Source: an uncultured delta proteobacterium
GTDB lineage: Bacteria; Desulfobacterota; Desulfomonilia; Desulfomonilales; Desulfomonilaceae
Length of the DNA stretch: 64,000 nucleotides
Direction: 5' to 3'
NCBI GenBank assembly: GCA_963741625.1
Contig: CAVUIT010000001.1
Span: forward strand, 93,711-157,710
In this document: piece after piece, positions 47,474 through 58,899 of the stretch
Position numbering within the stretch: the first letter of the stretch is position 1
How the letters are laid out: each line of letters opens with the position of its first letter
The notes under the pieces: generated by a model
What the model was told of the DNA's origin: nothing
What the model saw: only the letters and a program-made list of their open reading frames with translations
Databases searched by the model: none
Made by a program: the position numbers and the translations under genes

Positions 47474-50190
47474 CTAGAACCACCTGAAGGAGGTTGTTGA
47501 AATCATGGGCAATACCTCCAGCCAAGGTGCCAATGGCTTCCATTTTTTGGGCTTGAAGGAGTTGCTTTTCAAGGAGCGCTTCTCTCGTCACATCTCGCTT
47601 CACCGCCACATAATTTACGATCCGGCCGGACGGATCCCGTACGGGGGAAATCGTGACATCCTCTTCGTATGCGCTGCCGTCCTTTCGCTTCTTGGTCAGG
47701 CGGCCTGCCCACGTCTCTCCCTTGAGGAGGGTGTTCCACAGGTCCGCGTAGTCCTCCCCCTGATATTCATCGCTTCGCAACAAGCTTGGTTTCCCGTTGA
47801 TGACTTCGGCGCTGGAGTAACCCGTCATACGCTCGAAAGCCGGGTTAACGTATTGGATATCCCCCTGGGGATCTGTTATGACGATAGCCTCTGCGGCCTG
47901 TTCTACCGCTGTGGCCAGCCGCCGTTGGACAGCTTGCGCCCTCTTTCGAGCCGATATGTCGCGAAATATCGCCTGCACCAAGGGCTTGCCTTCTTGAATC
48001 ACCGGGACAGCGGCAACTTCAACATCTATCTCGGTGCCGTCGAGCCGTACGAATCTTTCTTCGATGACAGGCTGCGGATTTCCGGTCTCCAACATCTCGG
48101 CCACACGAGCCTCTACTATTTGCCAATAATCCGGATGCACAAGATCTCTAAGGGCCTTGCCCACAAGTTCCTCGGGATTGGAAGCGCCCAAGAGCCTTGC
48201 CGCGCCTCTGTTGGCCAGAATAATATTGCGGCCATGATGGACCAAAATTCCGTCCGGTGACAAATCCACCAAAAGGCGGTATCTCTCCTCACTCGCTTGA
48301 AGTTTACTTTTGGTTCTCACTGCCCTGATCCCGAAGGACAAGTCCGCGGCCAGCTCGCTCAACAGCTCTATTTCTTCTTGATCAAAAGCGTTCGCTTGTG
48401 ATGCGTAAATACTTAAGGCTCCGAAGCACTTTCCCTCTCCAATCAGCGGCAATGCTATGGAGGAAAGGTAGCCGCGTTTGGTCGCTTCAAGGCGCCAAAG
48501 CTCGTCCCCTCCGGGGCCGGTCGCTGTTTGGCGGTCCACCGACGGAGCTAGAGTTTGGATGCATAATCCGGTGGCTCCGCAGCCAAGTTCATCTTCAGCC
48601 AATGTCACCCTTACTTTATCCAAGAAACCTTCATCAAGACCGTACTTCGCCACCGGCCGCACGGTTTGGTTCGCGTTCGCGCTGGACAAATCCCACCCAC
48701 GCCATCGCATACCCACCAACTTCCACCAGTATGCGGCATATTTCTGTCATAAGCGCTGATTCGTTCTCGGCCCTGATCACAATCTGATTGCAGTCGCTAA
48801 GGGTCCTGAGGGCGCGACTAATCTTGAGCACCGACTGCTCCGCACGCTTTCTTTCTGCGATCTCTGCGGTCAAATCATCGTTAGAGCGCTTGAGCTGCGC
48901 CGTTCTCGCCTTGACCTGTTCTTCCAGGTCCTGATGCCAATTTTGAACACGTGCGATCATAGAGTTGAAAGCATTAGCCAAAATGCCTACTTCAGCCGGC
49001 CCGTTTATTGGAGTTCTAGCGCTAAGGTTGCCGGCTTCGACTTCCTGAACCGTAGAACAGAGTCTTCGGATCGGGCGCGATATTCGGTTCGAAGCAAGGA
49101 TTACCATCAGTACCGCGGTGACGAAGCCCAGTATAGCCACGAGGGAGGAACGAGCAATCTGGCGCCATACAGGGCCAAACACTTCCTCTTGGTCACGTTT
49201 GACAATCATCCCCCAACCACTATCCGGGGTCACTCTGAGGTGTCTGTACGCAGCGAGAACCGGAATACCTCGGTAGTCTTCCGCAGCCACTATTCCTTCA
49301 TTTCCGTGGCTGGCAAGAGCGGCCGGTTTGTCAGTGACTCTATATCCCAGTATATTAGCTCGGCTTCCGTCCTTGAGAGGGAATTTAAGGGACATCAGAA
49401 TGAGCCCATCCTGGTTGATGAGCACGATGTCTCCCGTCTCTCCCAAGCCTTCACCCGTATAGAGCATGGGCTTCAAGAATTCTTCGGTATCCACGTACAC
49501 GGAGACGACCGCGGTCGGAGCAGCTTCTCCTTCATTGTCAGAAGGGGCAGTTTTGAGTACTCGGGATATTATGAGATAAGGCTTGTTGTCCAACGGGTCC
49601 TTCGCAACTTCGACCGATTCGTCATAGCCTTCGGTGAGAGCGGTGATGAAGAACCTTTTGTCAGAGACATTAGTATCCAGTTCTTTTTCTTTGGTTGAGA
49701 CGAGAACCAGGCCCGTCTTTGCATCTGCCACTCGTATCTTTGCGAACAGAGGGTAGGAACTCAACGCTAGATGAAGCTCATGGAGGGCATTCCGATAAGT
49801 CGTTTCGTTTTGGAGCTCATTACTTAGTTCGTCGCCGCTCTTTCCGGTCGGCCCTTCATGGCTCATTAGTTCGCGGAGACGGACAATGGCAATCACAAAG
49901 GAGTTATCCCGGCATATCTTCTTGACATCGTCTTTCCGTTCCGTGAGCCAGAGTTCGAAACGCTCTTTCTTCAAGTCAGCGACCAGGCTGAGGCTTCTCA
50001 ATACTTGGTCGCGTTCAAGATCGTACGTGCCTCTGTATCTGGTAAAAGGGATGCCGAATGTGTTCACCATGCCGACCAAGAACAAGGTGGCGGCCATCGG
50101 TACACAGAATGCTATCAGCATTCTTGATCGCAGTCCGAGAAACCCTTTCGGAGGTGTGGATGGAAAAGGGGCGGCAGACTCCTGGTTCAT
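47474..50190 (-). CDS. N-terminal part of the interrupted hybrid kinase: TM-Cache-like sensor-TM-HAMP-GAF-PAS-PAS-H-box; one frameshift (~48700)
   Basis: ORFs 48634..50190 and 47418..48719 overlap in different frames inside the GAF domain. The part ends GGIAHDFNNLLQVVL, then IS-derived sequence. Confidence 0.75.
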
Positions 50191-51335
50191 CGCCGCCCTC
50201 CTATTTCATAGTCGAATTCGTTGAGGCGGTACTTTCTAGCGTGTCCGAGGACTTCCTTTATGATCTTGAGGTCAAATTGTCTCTCGACGTCTCTCCATTC
50301 GGTTGTCTGAGGAATTCGGCCCATAGCCTTGAGAAATTCAAACTCCCTGCGCAGGTGTCCGTTTTCCCGGAGATCTTCTTCGGCAACGATAGGAACCAGG
50401 TTCAAATCACCGGATTCAGCAATTATTCCGCTAAATTGCTCGGGGGACATGGCGACCCTTTCTCTTGTGAAGACCTCGCCCGTTTGAATCGCCCACTCGC
50501 TCGACTGCCGAACATGTTGGCTATCGGACTGCATCCACCGTATGGCACGAATCTCCGCGGCCAAAATTTCTCGTACAGCCTCAGGATGGTTAACTGCAAA
50601 ATCTCTTGCAAATACCACGAATCCCAAGTACCGACTCCTATGAATTACCGCCGCGCCCGGCCTGCTCTTCAAAGCGATTGAAACAGCAGGCTCCCAGGCT
50701 GCAAAGGCGTCTATGTGGCCCGCCTGGAATGCCCTCGGAATCTCGGTTACATCCATAGGAACGAGATTGACTTGAGTCTCAGAAAGTCCTTCGGACAACA
50801 ACTCTTCCAACAACGCATGGTGAGAAAAGGACCCGGATGGATAGGCGACGCGCATGCCCTTCAGATCTTTCACAAGTATGAAACGATTGGCCACTATCGA
50901 ATTGAAGCCTCGGTCGACCAAAGCGGGGATTGTCACTGCCATATTGGAAGCGATTGTGAGCGTTGGCATGTCGCCGAGCATTCCGCCATGGAGATCCCCA
51001 CTGCGAATAAAAAAGTTTACATCCTCTCCTTTCAGGAATGCGTGAAAGTGCATCACCAGGCCCAGTTCGCGGAGCTTATCACGGAGAATACCATCCCGCT
51101 TCATGAGTTCAGCGACATTGCCTTCAAAGATCCACAAAGGCTGAATTCCAAAATGAAGTGCGCCTTTGTCCTTTTCGAATCGGTAGGTGGAATAAACAGG
51201 GTGACGACTCAAATCGAAGGAAGCCGAAATCAGTGGGGATTTGATGTCTCCTTTCAGCGCGAATATGACGGCGGCCGATACGATCAAGCCAACAAGGAGG
51301 GCTCCCACGATGAGTTTAACCTTGACGCCTGTCAT
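50187..51335 (-). CDS. Membrane-anchored periplasmic binding protein (NMT1/SsuA-like), translationally coupled to the kinase
   Basis: 382 aa, N-terminal TM helix. Its stop overlaps the kinase ATG (ATGA). Confidence 0.65.
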   Translation of the reverse strand: MTGVKVKLIVGALLVGLIVSAAVIFALKGDIKSPLISASFDLSRHPVYSTYRFEKDKGALHFGIQPLWIFEGNVAELMKRDGILRDKLRELGLVMHFHAFLKGEDVNFFIRSGDLHGGMLGDMPTLTIASNMAVTIPALVDRGFNSIVANRFILVKDLKGMRVAYPSGSFSHHALLEELLSEGLSETQVNLVPMDVTEIPRAFQAGHIDAFAAWEPAVSIALKSRPGAAVIHRSRYLGFVVFARDFAVNHPEAVREILAAEIRAIRWMQSDSQHVRQSSEWAIQTGEVFTRERVAMSPEQFSGIIAESGDLNLVPIVAEEDLRENGHLRREFEFLKAMGRIPQTTEWRDVERQFDLKIIKEVLGHARKYRLNEFDYEIGGRR

Positions 51336-51902
51336 TCAATTTCCCCTGAGATGCGGCAGATCTGAAAGCTGTCACGCCTTGAAGGAGCAGTACAGAAGAC
51401 TATTCACTCGCCTGGATTAGCAGGTGCTCCCCTTAACTTCTCAGGTATCTCTGAAGCAGCAACTCATAGAAAACTTCTAGCTGGTATCTGTCTTCTCCAC
51501 GGACGGTATCCGGTGCCACTTGGATGGAGATTGGCACAGCAGAGACAGCAAGAAAACTAATATTAGTTTAACACAAGATGGTGCGACGAAACAAGAGATA
51601 TGGCGGTGAGACAGTCCCACGTGCATTGGAATGACGGGCAAGTAGGGAGCCGCATGCTATGCCTAAATCCGGGCGTACGCATCGGTCCGCCCCTATCTTG
51701 CCTTTGGGTGCCACGGAAATCTTGCCGGCCCTACTGAGTGTTGTCGCAACTGATGGGTCACGCATTTGAAGAGCAGACCTGACGCCCATATGACCCCTAT
51801 ACAAAAGACTCCACATCTGATTAACTCGGAAGAGTCACCGGCAACTTTCACGCTGTTTTTGTCCGAGGTTAGGTTGGGAATTCAATCTGGAGGTGGCTTG
51901 CA

Positions 51903-53015
51903 ATGCGCAGATCGACCGTCAAGAAGGCCAGGGCAGCCGGCAGGCTTTTGGCTACCCGCATGGACGGGAAAAAATCCAAGAAGGCCGGCCTGCCGCCGGG
52001 CACACTCGTTCATGTGGGAGAAGAGTTCATCGAGAAAAGTAAGATTTCCGTCATCGCCTACGACGAAACGTCATGCCAAGAGAAGGAAATTACGAATGTC
52101 TCCGATCTGGCGCCATTTAAAGATAGCCGGACCACGACCTGGATCAATGTTGACGGTATCCACGATGTGACTACCGTTGAAGCGCTTGGCGAATTGTTTC
52201 ATTTGCACCCTCTTGTGCTCGAAGATATTGTGAATGCCACTCAGCGGCCGAAAATAGAAGATGCCGGTGATTACGTCTTTATCGTTATGAAAGCGCTGGA
52301 TTATAGTGAGGAATCTGACGAGATAGCTCTCAGGCAACTAAGCCTCGTCATCGGTCCCTCGGTTCTGCTTTCCTTTCAGGAAAGAGAAGGAGACCTGTTC
52401 AATCCGGTGAGGGAAAGACTGAAGGGGGGTAATGTTCGTATCAGGAAAAGCGGAGCCGATTATCTTGCTTATTCCCTCATTGATACTGTGGTTGACAACT
52501 ATTTCGCAATCCTGGAAAAGCTTTCCGAAAAAATGGAAGTGCTGGAAGAAGAGCTGGTAAAGAACCCGGGCCGTGAAACTTTGCAAGGGATTCATCGGAT
52601 GAAGACCGACATGATCTACCTCCGCAGATCAATCTGGCCCTTGAGAGAGGTGGTCAACACATTGGGACGCGGCGAGTCGGCACTGATCAAGGACTCCACG
52701 CTACCATATCTCAGAGACGTTTACGATCACACGATTCACGCGATCGATACACTGGAGACATTTAGGGATATAGTTTCCGGCATGCTGGATATATATCTAT
52801 CGAGTGTGAGCAACAGGCTCAACGAAATTATGAAGGTTCTGACCATTATCGCCACGATCTTTATACCGCTGACATTTTTGAGCGGATGGTACGGAATGAA
52901 TTTCAAGGACATGCCGGAATTAGCCTGGCGTTGGGGCTATCCTATGGTAATTTGTATTGCGCTTGCGGTGGCGACTACTATGTTGATTTATTTCAGGCGC
53001 AAGAAGTGGTTGTGA
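51903..53015 (+). CDS. corA: Magnesium/cobalt transporter CorA
   Basis: 370 aa, WYGMNF signature, two C-terminal TM helices. Confidence 0.85.
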   Translation: MRRSTVKKARAAGRLLATRMDGKKSKKAGLPPGTLVHVGEEFIEKSKISVIAYDETSCQEKEITNVSDLAPFKDSRTTTWINVDGIHDVTTVEALGELFHLHPLVLEDIVNATQRPKIEDAGDYVFIVMKALDYSEESDEIALRQLSLVIGPSVLLSFQEREGDLFNPVRERLKGGNVRIRKSGADYLAYSLIDTVVDNYFAILEKLSEKMEVLEEELVKNPGRETLQGIHRMKTDMIYLRRSIWPLREVVNTLGRGESALIKDSTLPYLRDVYDHTIHAIDTLETFRDIVSGMLDIYLSSVSNRLNEIMKVLTIIATIFIPLTFLSGWYGMNFKDMPELAWRWGYPMVICIALAVATTMLIYFRRKKWL

Positions 53016-53142
53016 ATTTCCACGGCCTGAGGCAAACGTGCTTTTGGAGCAGACCGATGCCACGCTCGGAACATAAGGGCCGGTTGGGTTGACAAAGGTT
53101 TGAACGGGGTATACACCCGGCATTCGAATGGCCGGAGGGCAC

Positions 53143-53652
53143 ATGAATACATTGTTTTACTTGTGTTTTACCGTAATTGGATCTCTTGTTCTGGCCGCGA
53201 CCGTCTCCGCCGGAAACAAGCAGATAGTCGGCTGGGTGGAAAAGGCTCGGATTTCCCCGGGCAATTTGGTCCTTAAAGCTAAGATGGACAGCGGAGCCGA
53301 TAATTCTTCCCTAAACGTGCCGAACGTTGATGAGTTTGAACGTAATGGTGAAAAATGGGTGCGATTCGAGTTAGTCAACGAGCAGGGTCAAAGCGTGGTC
53401 ATCGAACGAAGGCTAGTGCGCACCGCGAGGATAAAGCGCCATCGGGGCATGCGTCAGGAAAGGCCGGTCGTGCGCATGGGCATTTGCGTCGGCAATTACT
53501 ACAGAGAAGCTGAAGTTAATCTCGTCGACCGCAGCAAGTTCAAGTATCCATTGCTTATCGGTCGCAGCTTCATGGGGGACAACCTGGTAATTGATCCTTC
53601 CGCACAGTTTACTCTGGAACCAGGGTGCGGGGAGCAACCGAGCGTTGAATAA
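53143..53652 (+). CDS. Retropepsin-like aspartic protease (COG4067/RimB-like)
   Basis: Signal peptide, then AKMDSGADNSSL (D-S-G) and LLIGRSFM motifs. Confidence 0.65.
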   Translation: MNTLFYLCFTVIGSLVLAATVSAGNKQIVGWVEKARISPGNLVLKAKMDSGADNSSLNVPNVDEFERNGEKWVRFELVNEQGQSVVIERRLVRTARIKRHRGMRQERPVVRMGICVGNYYREAEVNLVDRSKFKYPLLIGRSFMGDNLVIDPSAQFTLEPGCGEQPSVE

Positions 53653-55180
53653 ACTCCATCTCTATATATTGGCCCTTATCCTTACAGCTCTTGGTGTTGG
53701 GCTATTTATCTACAAGGCTTATGTTTTGGGCTTCCCGCTGGCGCCCCGAACGAAAGTCCAGGTCTGGAATGTTGAGGCGCGAATCAATTTCGTGGCCCAG
53801 GACAAACCCGTTAAGCTCTCAATGTTTATCCCCAGCAGCACTAGACGCTTCGCGATCGCGGACGAACACTTTATCTCCAGCGGCTACGGACTTGTAGCAT
53901 CCGTGGAAGAAGGCAACCGGAAGGCTGTCTGGGCGATCCGCCAGGCACGTAGGGAACAAAACATTTATTATCAGGCAGTCGTACGTGCGGTGCGCACAAA
54001 GGCTCCGAGAATAGAAGAGGAAGCACCCGAGGTCGCCAGCTCCAACTTTGAAGGCCCCCGTCTTGAAGCGGCAAAATCTCTCATTGCCGAAATCCAGGCC
54101 AAGTCCGCGGATACTCAAAGCTTTGTGGCGGAAATGCTCAAGAGGCTAAATTACCCTGAGCCCGGCAACAATGTGGCCCTGCTTGTGGGTCCGAAGCCCA
54201 CTCTGCCTACGAAGGTGGAGGTGGCTGTACGACTGCTGGCGCAGGCCGGTATACCTGCCAGGGTCGTGCAAGGCATACGTCTTCAGGAAGAAAAGCACGA
54301 TTTTTCAAAGAAAACCAATCTGCTGCATTGGCTGGAGGTTTACGACAAGAAGCAGTGGCTCTCCTTCGATCCCCTGCGCGGCAAAACGCCTGTGCCGGAT
54401 GACTGGCTCCGCTGGTGGAGCGGACCGCAAAACCTGGTGCAGCTGGAAGGCGGAAGCAAGCTCAATGTGGTGGTCTCGGTGAGCCCCAAGGTTGAGGAGG
54501 GGATCTCAGCAGCCGTCTTACGGGGCGAGATCTCTAAACCCCTCTTGTTGAAACTCTCTCTCTTTGGCCTGCCTGTGAACACTCAGGCCGTTTACCGGGT
54601 CATGCTCCTCGTTCCTATCGGAGCATTTATATTGGTAATATTGCGCAATATTGTGGGAATCAAAACTTTCGGAACTTTTATGCCGGTGCTCATTGCCCTT
54701 TCCTTCCGGGAAACTGGGCTGTTATGGGGCATTTTCCTATTCACTTTGATAGTGGCGACGGGTCTAGCTATACGATTCTATATGGAACGGCTCAAGTTGT
54801 TGCTCGTACCGCGGCTCGCCGCTGTGCTCATTGTTGTGGTCCTTTTGATGGCTGCCCTAACTGTTTTGACGAACAGTATCGGTATACATCGCGGGCTGTC
54901 CGTGTCCCTGTTTCCCATGGTCATTCTGACCATGACCATCGAAAGAATGTCTATTGTGTGGGAGGAGCGAGGCCCCGGAGAAGCCCTGGTGGCAGGGTTT
55001 GGCAGTCTGGTGACCGCGGCCCTGGCTTTTTTGGTTATGAACGTAAAATATGTAGAGCATTTGGTGTTTGTATTTCCTGAGCTGCTACTGGTCCTGTTGG
55101 CTGCCACCCTGCTTCTGGGACGGTACTCGGGCTATCGTTTGATGGACCTCTATCGATTCAGCGCACTGGCTAAAGGCTGA
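53645..55180 (+). CDS. Inactive-transglutaminase-like domain fused to a 7-TM domain
   Basis: About 510 aa. N-terminal TM, soluble domain, then multiple TM helices. Start (TTG 53645) is uncertain. Confidence 0.6.
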   Translation: MNKLHLYILALILTALGVGLFIYKAYVLGFPLAPRTKVQVWNVEARINFVAQDKPVKLSMFIPSSTRRFAIADEHFISSGYGLVASVEEGNRKAVWAIRQARREQNIYYQAVVRAVRTKAPRIEEEAPEVASSNFEGPRLEAAKSLIAEIQAKSADTQSFVAEMLKRLNYPEPGNNVALLVGPKPTLPTKVEVAVRLLAQAGIPARVVQGIRLQEEKHDFSKKTNLLHWLEVYDKKQWLSFDPLRGKTPVPDDWLRWWSGPQNLVQLEGGSKLNVVVSVSPKVEEGISAAVLRGEISKPLLLKLSLFGLPVNTQAVYRVMLLVPIGAFILVILRNIVGIKTFGTFMPVLIALSFRETGLLWGIFLFTLIVATGLAIRFYMERLKLLLVPRLAAVLIVVVLLMAALTVLTNSIGIHRGLSVSLFPMVILTMTIERMSIVWEERGPGEALVAGFGSLVTAALAFLVMNVKYVEHLVFVFPELLLVLLAATLLLGRYSGYRLMDLYRFSALAKG

Positions 55181-55185
55181 AAGCG

Positions 55186-56145
55186 ATGTTTGGAACTGTC
55201 AGGGCATTCAAGAAGAGAGGCGTGCTGGCCATAAACAAGCGAAATGCGGATTACACATTGAAATACAATCCGCGGAGGCTTTATCCGCTCGTTGACGACA
55301 AACTGCGCACCAAACAACTAGCTCAAGCCAACGGTATCGCGGTACCCGACCTGTACGCAGTGGTCGAGGTGGCGGGACAGGTCCACGCTTTACCAGAAAA
55401 ACTCAAGGAGCATTCTGATTTCGTGATTAAACCTGCTCAAGGGAGCGGTGGAGAGGGGATTTTGGTTATTGCCGACCGTCTTAACGGTAAGCTTAAGAAG
55501 CCTGATGGGGTCATCATAACCTGGGAGGAACTGAACCACCACGTCTTTAATGTTCTAAGTGGATTATACAGTTTGGGAGGCCAACCTGACCAAGCCCTGG
55601 TCGAGTATCGAGTCAAATTCGCGCCGGTGTTCGAGGAGATCAGCTATCAGGGCGTGCCTGATATTCGCATCATTGTTTTGATGGGCGTTCCCGTCATGTC
55701 TATGGTTCGTCTGCCCACTCGATTGTCGGACGGGAAGGCCAATCTGCATCAGGGGGCTATAGGCGTGGGAATCGATATAGCCACAGGGACTACTCTAGGC
55801 GGGGTCCTTGGAAACGATATAGTGACCGAACATCCGGACACAGGGCGGCCGGTCACCGGCCTGACCATTCCGGATTGGGACGACTTGCTGAAGCTGGCTG
55901 CACGGTGTAGTGACCTGACAGGCCTGGGATATCAAGGTGTCGACATAGTCCTGGACAAAGACAGAGGGCCTCTGATTCTTGAACTGAATGCCCGCCCCGG
56001 TCTGAATATTCAGATAGCAAACAACGCGGGCCTTCTATTGCGACTGGAGCTGGTAGAACAGTGCCACTCCGAATTGCACACCGTTGAGCAGCGTATCGCA
56101 TTCGCGAAGCATCACTTTCGTGCCACCGACATCCCGCCGGGTTAA
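55186..56145 (+). CDS. RimK-related alpha-L-glutamate ligase-like ATP-grasp protein
   Basis: 319 aa. INKRNADYTLKYNPRRLYPLVDDKLRTK N-terminus, ATP-grasp core. Confidence 0.8.
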   Translation: MFGTVRAFKKRGVLAINKRNADYTLKYNPRRLYPLVDDKLRTKQLAQANGIAVPDLYAVVEVAGQVHALPEKLKEHSDFVIKPAQGSGGEGILVIADRLNGKLKKPDGVIITWEELNHHVFNVLSGLYSLGGQPDQALVEYRVKFAPVFEEISYQGVPDIRIIVLMGVPVMSMVRLPTRLSDGKANLHQGAIGVGIDIATGTTLGGVLGNDIVTEHPDTGRPVTGLTIPDWDDLLKLAARCSDLTGLGYQGVDIVLDKDRGPLILELNARPGLNIQIANNAGLLLRLELVEQCHSELHTVEQRIAFAKHHFRATDIPPG

Positions 56146-56249
56146 GGCCGGAAGACCGAAAAGCCTGGCAATATGGCGGTCTCTAAAAGTTTTGTTCGAA
56201 CTGCTTGTGCCGGAATGGAATCAGAGACAAGATTCTTGGCGATTGCCAT

Positions 56250-56620
56250 GTCTCAGCCCCGCGCGGAACGCGGGGTCATTGCGAGGAGTGAAATCCCCCG
56301 TTCCGTGGGAAAGCAATCTCATCGGTGGAACAGGCATCTGAGACTGTCTCAAAACCAGAAACTAGGCTAGGAAATGACGCGGATCCGGTAGGGGCGGTTC
56401 TCGGACCGCCCGGAATCAGGGCGCAGTCCCACGTCCCGCGGGACGCCCCTACGCCAAGAAAGTCTCCGGAGGCCATTTCGAGACAGTTTCATCTTGCATG
56501 TCATTCGTCACCCCGCACTCCGATTCGGGGTCCAGTCTGTCCTCGCGTGTCGTCTGCGCGGGACCGTCCCACCGAAGAAGGAATTGCTCCGGCAAGCACC
56601 CCGCAATGACAGTTTTGAAC
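56250..56620. repeat. Cluster of REP-like palindromic units
   Basis: CCCGCGCGGAACGCGGGGTCATTGCGAGGAGTGAAA..., GGTAGGGGCGGTTCTCGGACCGCCC, ...CACCCCGCAATGAC. Same families as at 11678-11914. Confidence 0.55.
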
Positions 56621-56732
56621 TTTCGTGTTGCCGATTTCGAGATCAAACGGGCATCACTTTTGGGAATCCGTATAAGTTTACTAAGAATGCTTCTAACGCT
56701 TTGAGTTGCCGAAGGAACAGAAAATATTATCA

Positions 56733-57672
56733 CTAAAGGTTCTTCGAGGTTATACCGCCTGCGGGACCAGTGTAAGGTCGAACGCGGCCTAGTTCGACTC
56801 TATTGAAGTTTCCTTGCCGATTGCCACGGGCTTGCACCAAGGCTGGCACGCGGGAATTTGAGGCCGGTTTCCGAGTCGTTGTAACAACCTTTGTATCGGG
56901 AGCCACAGTCACCGGCACACTCATTTTGCGAGGGCCGATCTTCTTACCGTGAGCAGAGGGTTTGGCCCAACTCGATGCTTTACCGGCAACGGGGTCGATT
57001 CCATCCCGCCGTCCCCCGACCGGATATACATTCGCCCCATTAAAGCCGAGATGCTGGAAGTCAACCCCCAGCTCAATCCGGTACACCCGCTGGGGCTCAG
57101 TGCGCTTTGCTACCTTCAGAACGATCAACCCATTAACATCCTCGACAGATTTTATGAGAAGCTCCGAACCGACAGCATGAGCAACAACCGGGGCATTTTG
57201 AGGTACTCACAGAAGTGGGGTGCTTGGTAGGCGCTTTCACAGGCTCCGCATTTCCCTGGATTCGCGGCTGGGACTGCCATTCTCCCAACAGAACAATAAG
57301 GTAGTTGTCTATCTGGCGGACCTTGTGATCGGGTACCGGGGCAGTCCCGAAATCCAAAACGACCTGCGCGCCGTTACGCGTGTTGGCAATGCGGACCTGC
57401 AGGGCCGAATCCTTCTCCAATCCCGTGACCCGAGGCTCCTGCGTCACACCGGCGGCAGGGATGCCTATTACTAATCTCGAAGGACTAGCCATTACGCCCA
57501 CCGTATGGCTGCCAATTTGCCTCTCTGATTTTATGGCTACGCGTCGTAAGTCGGGCGAGGCGCTGACTTCAGTTATCGCATTAGAGGCCAACACACTGGA
57601 AGTACAAATGATAGTAGAAAGGGCGCATACAGCAAATATGATCGGAATGAGAACTTTGATCCGTAAAATCAT
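56733..57672 (-). CDS. Secreted protein with two AMIN domains, one frameshift (~57130-57200)
   Basis: ORF 57133..57672 has a signal peptide plus AMIN-like LRRVAIKSE...RLVIGIPAAG. ORF 56733..57128 holds a second AMIN-like unit LIVLKVAKRTEPQRVYRIELGV. Confidence 0.5.
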
Positions 57673-57808
57673 GGCAACCTCTCATGAGCAAGAACTCCCA
57701 GAAGGGAGCCAAGCTTGGCGCGATACTATCACATGGAAAGATGCCAAGTCAACTAATTATGGAAATACAATAAATTATGCTTAAATGATAATGTAAAATA
57801 GAGGGTGA

Positions 57809-58501
57809 TCAGGCGCCCGGTCCGACCGCTTGTCCCCCAGGGCCTGGGGACGGTGGCTCCAATATCTCGCAGGCTTTACCGGGCTCTTGCTCGGTTAAGT
57901 GCTGCTGGAGACGGGCGGCAGGAATCCTTTTGAGCACAAGGAAGGGTTCCAGTTTTTCGGATTCTTTGTTCCAGATGTACTGTTTCAGTTCAAAAAAGCC
58001 TTGGCCTCGTTCATAGAGAATGACCCACCATTCAGCTTGCTTGACCGCATAGCAGATCTTTATCTTCTGCACCTCGGGAGAGGCCTTAGCCACTACAATC
58101 GCCGCATCTCTAACTTTCTGATCTTCCCATTCCTGCTCTGCAGGTCCGCTTTGCCCACCAGGTGGCTGAAGCGGCTCATCTAGTTTTGGTTGCCGGTCTT
58201 TTGGCTCCGGCTTCTCCGAGAAAGGGTTGTCAGCGTTCACTGCCGGCATCTGCGCGGCGGGCCCCGGTTTGACAGAACCATACTCCGGGGTCCTTGCGGT
58301 TTGTGAAGTCGGCGCGACCTCTTGGGGGATGATGGGTTTGATCAGAGATCCACTTTCAGTCCTCATTTCAGATTGGGAGGTACTCGGGTTCTGCAACGGC
58401 TCGCCGGCGTTTCTAATTGCTTCCTGGGACGGAACTATGCATCCTGAACCGCACAACGCACCAATCCATAATAGACTTGTTATGAGAACCCCGCGCCTCA
58501 T
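57809..58501 (-). CDS. Lipoprotein of unknown function
   Basis: Signal peptide with lipobox-like LCGSGC. Pro/Gln-rich linker. Confidence 0.6.
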   Translation of the reverse strand: MRRGVLITSLLWIGALCGSGCIVPSQEAIRNAGEPLQNPSTSQSEMRTESGSLIKPIIPQEVAPTSQTARTPEYGSVKPGPAAQMPAVNADNPFSEKPEPKDRQPKLDEPLQPPGGQSGPAEQEWEDQKVRDAAIVVAKASPEVQKIKICYAVKQAEWWVILYERGQGFFELKQYIWNKESEKLEPFLVLKRIPAARLQQHLTEQEPGKACEILEPPSPGPGGQAVGPGA

Positions 58502-58899
58502 GGAGTTTCTGCTGACCTCATTTCTATGCGGTTTTGCGTGACCAGCCTGCCAGGGACAAGGCTATCAGTGGCCACACGGGCCCTCATGCCCGGGGGTTAT
58601 ACTTAGTCTGATTTTCCTGCGGTGACCAGAGAAAAATGGGTGATACGTAACCATTCACTGACGCGGGGAGCATCGAAACATGCAGAATGTCTATCTATCG
58701 GCAGAGAAACCTGAGAAGAGCCCAACCAAACGACCCGCGCCGCGATCTCTGCGATCTCAGTCGTGAGAGATCTCCCGTCTTCCTGGATGAACCTCCCGTA
58801 TGGCTGAATGATTAGGGTGATACGAGTCTGCTTCCAGAGGAAGGGCAATCGGGGAGCCCTTTATCGCAAGAATGCCCCCCGCTTTGAATCCAGAGGCCC

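Noticed and set aside
46940-47474. TA target-site duplication and inverted repeats of the IS630 remnant
   Set aside because: The two boundaries (GTTCTA|GATGTG... and ...GCTATA|GATACTCC) cannot be reconciled with an in-frame TA duplication without invoking another indel. The termini share no inverted repeat, so the fragment is truncated and its original ends are lost.
50441-50460. CTCGGGGGACATGGCGACC inside the binding-protein gene as another R1-family end
   Set aside because: It is an isolated 12-13 nt match within a well-behaved coding frame (VAMSPEQF) with no adjoining repeat sequence, so it is probably coincidence.
51400-51902. Mg2+ (M-box) riboswitch or ncRNA upstream of corA
   Set aside because: No M-box-like conserved core was recognised. 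The region contains another REP-like palindrome (about 51640-51735), which explains the structure seen.
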